Below are positions 14,989 to 24,667 of a DNA stretch of 64,000 bases, piece after piece; the stretch's first letter is position 1, and each line of letters begins with the position of its first letter. The notes beneath the pieces are model-generated. The model was not told the origin of the DNA. It worked only from the letters and a program-made list of their open reading frames with translations, and made no database searches. This DNA is from a virus, in the IMG/VR virus record IMGVR_UViG_3300021519_000007, positions 1-64,000 of that record. One strand, written 5' to 3'. The position numbers were made by a program, and so were the translations under genes.

Positions 14989-17027
14989 TAGTTACTTTCC
15001 CAAGTGTTTTGAGCCTTTACCTGAATGATGAGAGCATTCTCAATAGCCTGGCCGTTTTGAATATTGGCGACCGCCGGTAACTCATTGTCGTTTAGAATGA
15101 AATCGTAATCAAAATAAACTGGTGTTGAAAATGACTTTCCGTATTCCGTTACTAGTTCTATCTTGTGCCTGGGACTGTTAATATCATTGATCGGTGTTTC
15201 GTATGTCCACCTAACGTTGTCAACACCATTAGTGTTGTGGATGATCTGAAGCAGATCGCTCATTTGGATTGCTGCGCCAAAATACTGGGTTCCAAAGAAT
15301 GCCGAAACGGCGGATGCAATTTCTTTGTCCACATTCGTTTCGGTAAATCCGGGCGTATACATAACGGTAATGTACAGTTTTAGATACTTATATGTTGATG
15401 AGTGGACTAACACATCTGTCGTTATCGGCTTTGAACCCTCAATGGTCGCCTGCAACTGCTCAATAGATATATCATAATTGTAATCAATGCTGAAGTATTT
15501 GCCCTGATCTTTTACGGATTTCAGCCACTCGATTCCGTTTCTTGCTCTAACTGTTCCAGCGTACGTGCTTATGTCCCTCACAACAAAGTAGTGGGCTGGT
15601 GTTGCAACAACGGTGAAACCCTCGTCCTCATACCATCCTCCATCGACTGGACTATTGTAAGCGGTTTTTGTAAAAGCAAGACCAGTATTGGGATCCTGAT
15701 ATGTTGCTTCGTAATATGTATTGTTATCAATTTGTATTGACCCCGCCGGGATGTCTGTCATCGGTTGGTGGTACAACACGTGCAAGAAATTACCCAGAGC
15801 GGGAACATCATTCGTTGAAATTCGGATATAGTTCCCATTATATGCAATATTTGTTGGGTTATTGACAAAAGTCATCTGTGTTGACGGGAAGGCCTCCTCA
15901 CTTGTAGCGAGTTGTTTTTGCTGCCCGTTAACATAAACATCTACACAATTTGTAATCCCCATCAACCATTCGTTGCGAGACGCACGGGACAGATAGGTGT
16001 GCTCAAACAGAAAAACATTGTCATCAAAGGGAATAAAGGTTGGCGTCCCGTCAATACTGAGGGTAGTCCCCGAACCCAGCAGCGTTATATTCGGCACCGG
16101 ATTGTTTTCAATTCCCTGCGACCCTGCGCCGTTCACAAGTCTGGCTGGATTGTTAAACCCAAAATCTTTTCCAGGCCGCAGAAATGCTGCGCTTTTGCCC
16201 GACCCCTTTGTAACATAATAGTTATTAGAGTAGGTATACTTTGAATACGGAACCGAGGAAATTGAAGTCGTGTAGGCGGTGTCGCCGCTGTAGAATGGGT
16301 AAGCGATATTATCTGAAACTTTTGGTGTTTGGATATACTCTATGTACTTAGACTGAGGACCAATAACATTTGCTTTTGTCACTGCTGGATGAGACAAAGA
16401 CAACGCCAAATAGTGGTCCAGCGTACCGGATATATTTCTAAAGATTGAGTTCTGAAAACGAGCCTTTAGTCCTGCGTCTGTTTCTGTGTCCACGCCCCCT
16501 AGTGTCTGGACCTCATTGGTTATTGAGGTAACGCCGGGCATGTTGATCGTGCTTGTTATTGCGTTGATTGCGCCAACCGGAACATTGCCTATTGTACCTG
16601 TTGTTGTGCATTCAACACGGACAAGCGCCCTGGTGTCTGCAGCATTTAGCGTGACTGTTTCGGTTGCAACAAAGATAAGCCCAGGTACTGAACCCGTTGC
16701 AGAGGTGGCGAATTGGGCTCCCTTTGGGACTGTTGTGCTGTAAGCGGCAGTGTTGGGTCTTGAGACTGTGACAATGCCCGTTGCTCTTGCCCCAAGTTGT
16801 CTACCAAACCCAAATAGGGAGATGAACGAGTCTAGTCTTGTGCCGGACAATTCATCAAGATACAGTTGCCCAGACAAAACATCAATGTCAACAGACGCAG
16901 CAGCAATTGATTCGGCAACTGCCTCAACAATCTTACGCTCTGGTGTACCGACCTCAAGAGACATGTTCGGATCAATGAGTCGAGCCTGTGTGATTATACT
17001 TTGTGTTATTTCGTTTACTGTTGCCAT
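14988..17027 (-). CDS. Baseplate J-like wedge protein
   Basis: LDSFISLFGFGR...ATG...GTIGNVPVGAI...GGVDTETDAGLKAR...NGVDNV, canonical Baseplate_J motifs. Confidence 0.9.
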   Translation of the reverse strand: MATVNEITQSIITQARLIDPNMSLEVGTPERKIVEAVAESIAAASVDIDVLSGQLYLDELSGTRLDSFISLFGFGRQLGARATGIVTVSRPNTAAYSTTVPKGAQFATSATGSVPGLIFVATETVTLNAADTRALVRVECTTTGTIGNVPVGAINAITSTINMPGVTSITNEVQTLGGVDTETDAGLKARFQNSIFRNISGTLDHYLALSLSHPAVTKANVIGPQSKYIEYIQTPKVSDNIAYPFYSGDTAYTTSISSVPYSKYTYSNNYYVTKGSGKSAAFLRPGKDFGFNNPARLVNGAGSQGIENNPVPNITLLGSGTTLSIDGTPTFIPFDDNVFLFEHTYLSRASRNEWLMGITNCVDVYVNGQQKQLATSEEAFPSTQMTFVNNPTNIAYNGNYIRISTNDVPALGNFLHVLYHQPMTDIPAGSIQIDNNTYYEATYQDPNTGLAFTKTAYNSPVDGGWYEDEGFTVVATPAHYFVVRDISTYAGTVRARNGIEWLKSVKDQGKYFSIDYNYDISIEQLQATIEGSKPITTDVLVHSSTYKYLKLYITVMYTPGFTETNVDKEIASAVSAFFGTQYFGAAIQMSDLLQIIHNTNGVDNVRWTYETPINDINSPRHKIELVTEYGKSFSTPVYFDYDFILNDNELPAVANIQNGQAIENALIIQVKAQNTWESN

Positions 17028-17028
17028 A

Positions 17029-17490
17029 TTAGCCGACCGGTTGTGTAATTGACACTGTGTTGCCGTTTCTCATTACCAGATTTACCTGCATCACAAGTTT
17101 TGTATTAAATCTTTTGTTTGTTATTGAGCCTATTGATTCTATTATTTCCGAATCAGATACTGTTGATCTCCCGAATGTTGCTATGTCAGAATTCACTCTT
17201 GTGTTTTGTTTATCTATGAACGACTGAACAACTCTGACTATTTCTTCTTCTATCTTATATACGGACAATGAATCTTTTCCAATGTACGAATCGATTGGGG
17301 TACCGTCCGGCAGCGTGCCGCCATCGAGAAGCGATCCGTACTCAGGGTGCATTGTGTCTGTCCCCATCGGCTCAAGAAGTCCATTTTTGAGATCTTGAAA
17401 TGTCTTATTCTTCCCAGTAACAATGGCAGCCCCGGACTTGCTTGAGACAAATGTTAAATCGCCAGCCTTAATATCAAAACTCCAACTCAT
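17029..17490 (-). CDS. Baseplate wedge / sheath initiator (gp25-like)
   Basis: LLEPMGTDTMHPEYGSLL, a gp25/GPW-like motif; precedes baseplate J. Confidence 0.75.
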   Translation of the reverse strand: MSWSFDIKAGDLTFVSSKSGAAIVTGKNKTFQDLKNGLLEPMGTDTMHPEYGSLLDGGTLPDGTPIDSYIGKDSLSVYKIEEEIVRVVQSFIDKQNTRVNSDIATFGRSTVSDSEIIESIGSITNKRFNTKLVMQVNLVMRNGNTVSITQPVG

Positions 17491-18023
17491 TTAACAGGCA
17501 CCCTTGAGTAATAGACAACAACTTTTCCGACCGATAGAGATTCGCTAAATAAAAGCGTTTGCTCTCTTATTATGATCTTGGAAGGGGGAATCAATAAGCC
17601 GTTGTTAAAAACCTGGATTGTGTCCGATACGGGTATTCCCGAAAGAAGTGTTTCGGTTGTGGGGGAAACGATGTCAAACTCCTGATGAGTCGGCACGCCT
17701 ATGGGCATGTTGTTTATAAAAACGTGGTCGCCACTTATGTTTACGTTGCTTGCAGCAGCAATTACAATGTCCCCCTCTTTGGGATACGCGCTTCCATAAA
17801 GGTCGGTTCGGGCAACAACTCCCTCGAAGTACCAGTTTGTTGAATCCTGTCGTCTTACAATCCAATACTCGCCAGTCTTTGGTATGCGATAGAAACCATT
17901 ACTAATCGGCATCTTTATAGCGAATCGTCCACCGTCTTTAGAACTACAATGAACCTCATTCGTATCAATATCAACGGTGTCTATTCTTATAACTTGTGTG
18001 GTATTTTTTGTATTTTGGTACAT
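17487..18023 (-). CDS. Baseplate central spike-like protein
   Basis: N-terminal OB-fold-like segment (IPKTGEYWIV); lies between the hub and gp25-like genes. Confidence 0.5.
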   Translation of the reverse strand: MYQNTKNTTQVIRIDTVDIDTNEVHCSSKDGGRFAIKMPISNGFYRIPKTGEYWIVRRQDSTNWYFEGVVARTDLYGSAYPKEGDIVIAAASNVNISGDHVFINNMPIGVPTHQEFDIVSPTTETLLSGIPVSDTIQVFNNGLLIPPSKIIIREQTLLFSESLSVGKVVVYYSRVPVK

Positions 18024-18024
18024 T

Positions 18025-21000
18025 CTATCCTAGATTGTTAAACATAACCATGCCCGGCACCATTGTATCCGAAGATCTACTTGTGCTTGGGGAAGATAGA
18101 TATGCTGTTGTTTCGAATCCAGACGTATAGTCCCACTTGTGAATGACACCTTCGACATACATTATTATATCATGTTGTTTAAATTCCACAAGTCCCCCCG
18201 CCATCAGTTCCGGCATGAAGGTCAACTCTACACTTGTAGCCGTATGCATAGACCAGTTATATACGAACTGGTTGTATGCAGAAACAAATTCAAACCACGG
18301 GCTCCTGATCAGGGGATCGTTGTCTACTTTTGGGCGAGGCCCATAGATCTCAAAAAATCTAGCGGTTCTATCGCTGACTCCCTGAAAGTATTGAGTGTAA
18401 TCAGACCCTTGCTCGGAGGCAAGCGCTTTTGAGACCTCGTTCTGTATGTCTACGTTTTTTATTTTATTTGCAATGCCTGTTATTGACTTGGCGTCATAGA
18501 TATAGCCGCTTTTGTCCTGCTGGAAGACATCATCTATTGTGATCACACCAGTGGACAGGATCATGTCCTCCGCTTGGACTCCTCCTCCCAACGGATCAAC
18601 AGTAGCCCCGTTCACATACATGTGTGTTACAAGAGGTCCATCATCAAGAACAATATTGAAGTCGATTATCTCAATATCATCTATCTTAATATACGGCTTG
18701 CGACCAAAAACTCCAAAGCGGTCGGGATAAAAAGCACAGAACATACCATTGGGCAGGCTCATAAACTCTCTCATAGATCCCTTGCTCAACTGCATAACCG
18801 CATCCATAACCGTGCGGTCATTCATCAGGGACTTGTCTCCAACAAGAAAACGAGATCCAAAAAGATCTGTGGGGAATTGGGTAATTGTTGTAAACGCCGC
18901 GGCTGTGGCAATCATGGCTATGTCGCCCCATGTGGGCGTAATGTTTCCATTGCCCGTTGTGCCCGCGGGTGAACCATCCACTGCTGTGTTTGGAAGCCTG
19001 ACCGTCTGGCCGTTCCATTCTGGCTTGGGGTTGTCGTTGTGATTTGCAACGATAGATATCGATACCGGATTGTTTTTGAAAACGGCCGGTGACGATGTGG
19101 AATTGGAACCCAAGTGGTCTTCCTGTGAAGCGCTTGGGACTCCGTTCGGGTATTTAACAGTCCAAACATAGTTGCCCGAATCAAATGAAAATTTAATCTC
19201 TTGAGGAATACTCTGAGCGTTTGTTCCAACACTGATTGTTCCGGGACCAAGATTTCCATCAGCATCTGGAATTATGGTGCTCGTCGGCGAAACCATACCG
19301 GTATCAATAAGAAATTGAAGTAACTTTTTCCCGCCGGAGCCCTGTGCTTCGTATAATAGAAGTTGATTCTTCAGCGGCTTTACATTATCCACAAGGTGCA
19401 GATCATAATTTGAAGCGATATAAAAATACTCCGCCAATCTATTATCCCAGCCCTTATAGAATTTACTATAGACGTCATGATCAGACTTTGATATATTTGC
19501 TGTAGAGTATGCGCTTTGATTAACGGGCACAGGACCAATGAGTGACTTTATGCTCTTTAGATAATCCTCTCTTGCCTTTGCCGCGGGCTTTTTTGAGGTT
19601 CCGACATCGGGTATAGAGTCACCGGTTACAGAGAATATAATATTTTGATTACTAAATTGATCTGCATTGGATATCCCGATAGCAGAAAGCGCCTTAGGGG
19701 ATATTGTTATTGGCGCTTTATTGTTTAAAGATTTACCACTAATACTGTTGTATATATTTCCAACACCAAGATACACAACATTGCAACTTTTACTTGTATC
19801 CTTGGGGTTAAAGACGGTTACAATAGAACCGGCTGTGAGCGCCGATCCGCTAGCAAACTTATAGTTGCCGCCATCAAGGGGCGTGGCAAACATATAAAAT
19901 TGAACCTCATCATACTTAAGCGGCAGCCCCTTCACCTCGGGGATATACATTTTGGGTATTGTGGGTGCAGATGATTGATAAACAATCGCCGGTGATAGGT
20001 AAAGGCCTCCAGCATCTATCTTCGTTGAGTCATTAGACACAGGATCCGTCTTTTTACCGTCGGCCCCGATCTTTATTGCGTCAGAGGGCGACTGCACAGC
20101 AGGGCCAGAAAAAAGTGCTTCCCAGGTCACATTAAGGGGATTGACATTATCTGCGACCTCTGATGCGGTTAGGATATCGATAGACTTAACATTGTCAAGA
20201 CTCTGATTTGTTCTTACGTCATTAAGTATGCTCTGGACCGTAGATGTATTGACTGCATTGTGGCAGGCATCAAGTATCTGGCTGTAGAATCTCTCCTTGC
20301 CGTAGCCGTACGCTAGCGTTTGGGCCACCTGCTCTGCCATACCCGAGGACAGATCAGGAGTGCCGGGTGCCGGTCTAGAGGCGGTCGATGTCTTTACAAT
20401 ATTATAGAAGTTGTTGCAGAATGTTGTTACCTGTGTGCTGATGCTTTCCGAAGTATTCTGCTTCAGGCCGTCAAGCGCATTGCCGGGGTTTGCAAAAAGC
20501 CCCTTTCCGTGAGATGGGTAACGATCATCTGTTCCGTTGTAGTTTTTATCTATGCCGCTCATAACAAGCGCGGCAAGAAGAACCTGAGCCTCTGTCGGCT
20601 TTGTCGTCTTTGAGTATTTAGAAAGAGCGTTTATAATATCTTTGATGTCGCCAATTTGCGTTGTTGCCGCAAGACCCGTGGGAAACTTTGACGAGAGGGC
20701 GGATGCCGCTTGATCAGTGGTCGTTACGTTAGCCGTCAAGAAGTCCCGCATCGCTGGGATTAAAGAGTTTTCTGCGGATTTTGATTCCCCGACCCTTTTC
20801 AAATATGTTTGAATCAGTGAGTTTGGAAGTTCGTTAGGAATGTCTCCAACTATAACTTCGGAATGATCCAGACCAGCGATTTCCTGGAGAAAATCCTGAA
20901 GCATCTGTCCCATGCCACCATCGTTGCCCTTTCCTCCACTCTCTGAGAGGGTGTCACCAACAGCGTATGGATTGTAGAAAGAACTGTAGTTTTGGTTATC

Positions 21001-21417
21001 ACCCTGCCCGTACCACCCCTTGCTTCGCATCCAGTTGACAAACCCGACACCAGGATCGTAGTACGAATAAAGAAGACGCTTAAGAGTGCATGACGCTTTT
21101 ATTTCAATCTGATTTGGGTAGGCTTGAAAATACGGAACACTATCTATAAACCCCGTAAAAACCTGGATTGGGTTATCCTTATACTTCTGCAACCAGATGG
21201 TGACCCCGTCCATCGGCAAAAATTTTGGGTCAAATCTACCAGTATAGTACCAGTCATCATTCCTAATACTGATGGACGCGCTAGATGTCTTGTTCGTCAC
21301 ACGTTCTACTGAACCACTCACAATGTCATTAGAGACATCTATTACAGCGCCCGTTTTCCTAGAGTAGATAAAAGCATACACTTTCGGAGAATATACTAGA
21401 CGTTTGATATCACTCAT
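18025..21417 (-). CDS. Baseplate hub protein with large insertion
   Basis: N-terminus DVSNDIVSGSVER...QVFTGFID; C-terminus VELTFMPELMAGG...YVEGVIHKW...GFETT (gpD/gp27-like). Confidence 0.7.
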   Translation of the reverse strand: MSDIKRLVYSPKVYAFIYSRKTGAVIDVSNDIVSGSVERVTNKTSSASISIRNDDWYYTGRFDPKFLPMDGVTIWLQKYKDNPIQVFTGFIDSVPYFQAYPNQIEIKASCTLKRLLYSYYDPGVGFVNWMRSKGWYGQGDNQNYSSFYNPYAVGDTLSESGGKGNDGGMGQMLQDFLQEIAGLDHSEVIVGDIPNELPNSLIQTYLKRVGESKSAENSLIPAMRDFLTANVTTTDQAASALSSKFPTGLAATTQIGDIKDIINALSKYSKTTKPTEAQVLLAALVMSGIDKNYNGTDDRYPSHGKGLFANPGNALDGLKQNTSESISTQVTTFCNNFYNIVKTSTASRPAPGTPDLSSGMAEQVAQTLAYGYGKERFYSQILDACHNAVNTSTVQSILNDVRTNQSLDNVKSIDILTASEVADNVNPLNVTWEALFSGPAVQSPSDAIKIGADGKKTDPVSNDSTKIDAGGLYLSPAIVYQSSAPTIPKMYIPEVKGLPLKYDEVQFYMFATPLDGGNYKFASGSALTAGSIVTVFNPKDTSKSCNVVYLGVGNIYNSISGKSLNNKAPITISPKALSAIGISNADQFSNQNIIFSVTGDSIPDVGTSKKPAAKAREDYLKSIKSLIGPVPVNQSAYSTANISKSDHDVYSKFYKGWDNRLAEYFYIASNYDLHLVDNVKPLKNQLLLYEAQGSGGKKLLQFLIDTGMVSPTSTIIPDADGNLGPGTISVGTNAQSIPQEIKFSFDSGNYVWTVKYPNGVPSASQEDHLGSNSTSSPAVFKNNPVSISIVANHNDNPKPEWNGQTVRLPNTAVDGSPAGTTGNGNITPTWGDIAMIATAAAFTTITQFPTDLFGSRFLVGDKSLMNDRTVMDAVMQLSKGSMREFMSLPNGMFCAFYPDRFGVFGRKPYIKIDDIEIIDFNIVLDDGPLVTHMYVNGATVDPLGGGVQAEDMILSTGVITIDDVFQQDKSGYIYDAKSITGIANKIKNVDIQNEVSKALASEQGSDYTQYFQGVSDRTARFFEIYGPRPKVDNDPLIRSPWFEFVSAYNQFVYNWSMHTATSVELTFMPELMAGGLVEFKQHDIIMYVEGVIHKWDYTSGFETTAYLSSPSTSRSSDTMVPGMVMFNNLG

Positions 21418-21419
21418 TG

Positions 21420-22295
21420 TTATCCCTGGTTCCCGCCTGGTCCGCCTGGTATTGCATTATAGCCGGACTCAGCCACTGGGTCTGCCGCTTTGACAGTACT
21501 AGATGTTCTTGTATCTAAAGAGTTTCTGTACCTTTTATATATTAAAGAGTTGTTGTCTGGATTCTGATCATTTGGGTTTTCCAAAACACCATCACGAACT
21601 TCTATCCCGTAAGCAACAACCGCAAACCTTAGATCCAGTTCCGGATTGAACACTCCTGTTTTATGACCGGCCCTGACATCAAGAATATATCCATCGAAAT
21701 GCATTCTCGGATAACGGTATCTAACAACTTGTTTTCCATTTCCGATACCATAGTCCCAAACTCCATGACTTCGATAGAAAGAAAGTTCTGGCAACTCAAA
21801 ACGAACAAGACTGGCAGCACCATGTATTGACGCTTGATGGTAGCCAAGGGCAAGCGAAACGAGTTGATCGTAATGATCCTGACTCGCTGTTTGCACGGTG
21901 ACCATGGCGTCGTTGTATTTAATATGCCTGGGGTAAAACGATTTACCAAAAACCGTTTGCGACTGTGCATACTCCATAGACCAGCCAATTGTTATCTGCT
22001 TGACCCACAGCCTTGCCCTTTTCTGTTCGTCATCGTCCTGACTGATTCCGGGAGTGTGATTTACAATATAGGCGTTGGTAGTGTTTTTGACAGGAGGAAA
22101 CGGTTTAGAGGGGTCGACCTTTATTGTTGGGTACTCTATGGCGGCATAGTTCCCTCTCCCTGTTGGTTTCCAACGAGGAGATTTTGTGACGACATCAATT
22201 TTGGGAGGGGTGTTGGTATCAGCAATAGGTAGTCCGCCATAAGACAAAGATGTTGCGTCGTTTCCTGAACCGCCGCCTGGTAGTTGTACAGTCAT
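21420..22295 (-). CDS. Tail/baseplate protein (tube-initiator-like by position)
   Basis: 291-aa ORF between the lysin-bearing tail protein and the hub; assigned mainly by synteny. Confidence 0.45.
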   Translation of the reverse strand: MTVQLPGGGSGNDATSLSYGGLPIADTNTPPKIDVVTKSPRWKPTGRGNYAAIEYPTIKVDPSKPFPPVKNTTNAYIVNHTPGISQDDDEQKRARLWVKQITIGWSMEYAQSQTVFGKSFYPRHIKYNDAMVTVQTASQDHYDQLVSLALGYHQASIHGAASLVRFELPELSFYRSHGVWDYGIGNGKQVVRYRYPRMHFDGYILDVRAGHKTGVFNPELDLRFAVVAYGIEVRDGVLENPNDQNPDNNSLIYKRYRNSLDTRTSSTVKAADPVAESGYNAIPGGPGGNQG

Positions 22296-22299
22296 TGTT

Positions 22300-24648
22300 T
22301 TATCCGATCACTGTACCATTATGGACTTTAAAAATTGCGACTGTACTAACGTGAGTTCCCTTATAGGACCCCTTAACATGAATAAGGCCACCGTCTATAT
22401 TGCCCCACGTTTTTGCTGCTACAATACTGACAAGTTGGTGCTTGATTTGATCACCAGAATAGCGCGGCTGATGGAAAAATGAGAAGTCTTCTCTGGTAAC
22501 CGAGCCCTCAGCATTCCGCATGAAAACTTCTAAATTACCAGAGTTATCAGAATAAAGATGGAACCAGCGTGATGAAGAACCATTGGGCAGGTCTATGCGC
22601 ATATCAATGCTCACGTCTTTTCCGGCGGAAACATCGACCTGAAGATGCGTTTTACCTGACACCAACACTTCAATATTTCCAATCAGATCGGGCAGGCCGC
22701 CCGTACCTCCGCCTGTACCCCCGCCCGTGCTACCGCCCTCATTATTTGTGGGGTTTCCCGTGACAGACGCATAAACCTCGGCAAGAAAATCCTCAACCAA
22801 GTGAACTGTTGGATTAACAGCGGTATCACCAATAATACCCTGGTATGGTTGATACATTGCGAAATGAACATGCGGATAACTATACGTGTGCACATACCCT
22901 AATACGTCTCCGGCCTTTACTTTTGCGCCAGGTTTTATTCCGCTGGGTAGATCTTTTTGTAGATGGGTATAAAAAAATGTTCCATACTTAGTATGAAGAT
23001 GTATGCTTGTGCCGAAGGTTTTTCCATCCGGTACTGTGTAGTTGAATTCTCCTGAGGTTGTGCCCTGTTCATCACCGTTGCCCCACCCCGTAAGCAATCC
23101 GTCTGCAACAGCAAATACCGGCGTTCCAACCGGCCTGCCTATATCGCAAGCGTAATCAGATTGCCAGTTTCCAAATCCTCTTGAGCAGTGATCGTTTACG
23201 CCACCGCCCCATTCGCCACTTTTTGGATCGGGAACGGGATAAGCAACATCACCCGATATGGCGGGGAATCCGGCAATCCCGCCAGAGCCTCCCTGTGTGC
23301 CGATTTGTATCGTCACATAGTCTGAGCCAGTGAAACCAAGTTCTTCAGCGGCCTTGTACCAAAGATCAATCTTTGCAAGGTCGCCCTTTGACCCCTTTGA
23401 TCCTCCGAATCCAACGTCTCTCTTGTAGAGGACGAGACTCTTGTTCTTGTAGGTGACTTTTACTGGGGTAAGATAGGGAAGATCACCGAGCGCATTATAG
23501 TTGTTATCGGAGCCGTTGGTTTTGTTTGTGCTAAGTTCGGCATAAGTGTACCAGTTTGCTTTTTGGTCCAGATGGTCGCCCTTGTAACCACCATCATCAT
23601 ACGTGCCGGTGTCATTGGGGCCAAAGAATGTTGCCCACACCTCTTGGCTCTGCCCATAGTTAATGGCTGTGTTTCCAGTGTCGCCCGTGGTTCCACCAGT
23701 ACCGCTACCGCCGGATGTAAAAGCAATATTGCTTCCGAACTTGCTGGTCCAAATTTCTTCTGCCGTTTTAGCGGGAGCCGCTAGCGGATTATAAACCAGA
23801 GTTGAGATATCTCCTGTCGCCCATGAAGCAATAAGAGATTTAAAGTTGGCGGCAATGGTGCCACGCTTTGCATCAGGGAACTGATTAATAAGATCTTGAA
23901 ACGGGTCAACCTTGTGCAAGATATTGTAGTTCTGAAACTTTGTTCCACTTTTTGCAGCACGTGTAGCGGCAGCAGTGTTACCCCCGAGGGAATTAATGAT
24001 CCCACCCTTGCGGCTCGATGCCGTCATTGGGGTCTTAAGAACATCAGACCATTTGTTTGATCTTGCCTGGCCAAGCGAATAGCGATCATTCTCCGAAACA
24101 ATTTCTGCGTGGATAGTCCAGGTCGGAGACACTGTGTCTTTCGACATTACAAGATCTGGTATATCCGTCACCATTATGATGAAGGACCAGCCTCTTGCGG
24201 GGTAGCCAAACTTCAAAAAACTCTGTCGTCTCTCCTTGCCAAGAGAACCCGTTGTCCAGCCAATGTATCTCTTGAAGTAATTGTATATCTCACGTTGTTT
24301 CTTATAGTTCTGGCAGTGCCCAGTGATGACCATCTTGTCAGCGTATGTTGAAAGAATCTGAACAACTTCTCCACCGTAAGTCGAAGTCCTTCTTGTATTC
24401 ATGCCATAGCCCCACGTTATTTCATCCGCACCGGTCTCAATAATAAAGCGCCCGCCAGAGTCTGCGGGAGCACCGGCCATATGAGAAATAAAATCAGTGT
24501 TGTCATTTCTATCGACATCATTTGCTGGTTCAAAGATAAGCCGGATATCAAGTTGCTCTTCAGCAATCAGTCTTCCCTGGTCATTGAATATAGGCTTAGT
24601 CGCTGCCCTGGGATTAAGGATCTCTTTTTCGTGGAAGTAGTTTTTCAT
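22300..24648 (-). CDS. Virion-associated peptidoglycan hydrolase: tail domain + RlpA/3D-like double-psi barrel + M23 peptidase
   Basis: WATFFG...LPYLTPVKVTY...RDVG...IDLW (DPBB); DIGRPVGTPVFAVADG...YTHL...VKAGDVLG...PHVHF (M23). Gly/Thr linkers separate the domains. Confidence 0.8.
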   Translation of the reverse strand: MKNYFHEKEILNPRAATKPIFNDQGRLIAEEQLDIRLIFEPANDVDRNDNTDFISHMAGAPADSGGRFIIETGADEITWGYGMNTRRTSTYGGEVVQILSTYADKMVITGHCQNYKKQREIYNYFKRYIGWTTGSLGKERRQSFLKFGYPARGWSFIIMVTDIPDLVMSKDTVSPTWTIHAEIVSENDRYSLGQARSNKWSDVLKTPMTASSRKGGIINSLGGNTAAATRAAKSGTKFQNYNILHKVDPFQDLINQFPDAKRGTIAANFKSLIASWATGDISTLVYNPLAAPAKTAEEIWTSKFGSNIAFTSGGSGTGGTTGDTGNTAINYGQSQEVWATFFGPNDTGTYDDGGYKGDHLDQKANWYTYAELSTNKTNGSDNNYNALGDLPYLTPVKVTYKNKSLVLYKRDVGFGGSKGSKGDLAKIDLWYKAAEELGFTGSDYVTIQIGTQGGSGGIAGFPAISGDVAYPVPDPKSGEWGGGVNDHCSRGFGNWQSDYACDIGRPVGTPVFAVADGLLTGWGNGDEQGTTSGEFNYTVPDGKTFGTSIHLHTKYGTFFYTHLQKDLPSGIKPGAKVKAGDVLGYVHTYSYPHVHFAMYQPYQGIIGDTAVNPTVHLVEDFLAEVYASVTGNPTNNEGGSTGGGTGGGTGGLPDLIGNIEVLVSGKTHLQVDVSAGKDVSIDMRIDLPNGSSSRWFHLYSDNSGNLEVFMRNAEGSVTREDFSFFHQPRYSGDQIKHQLVSIVAAKTWGNIDGGLIHVKGSYKGTHVSTVAIFKVHNGTVIG

Positions 24649-24667
24649 TTATTTAAGTTGTTGGTTC

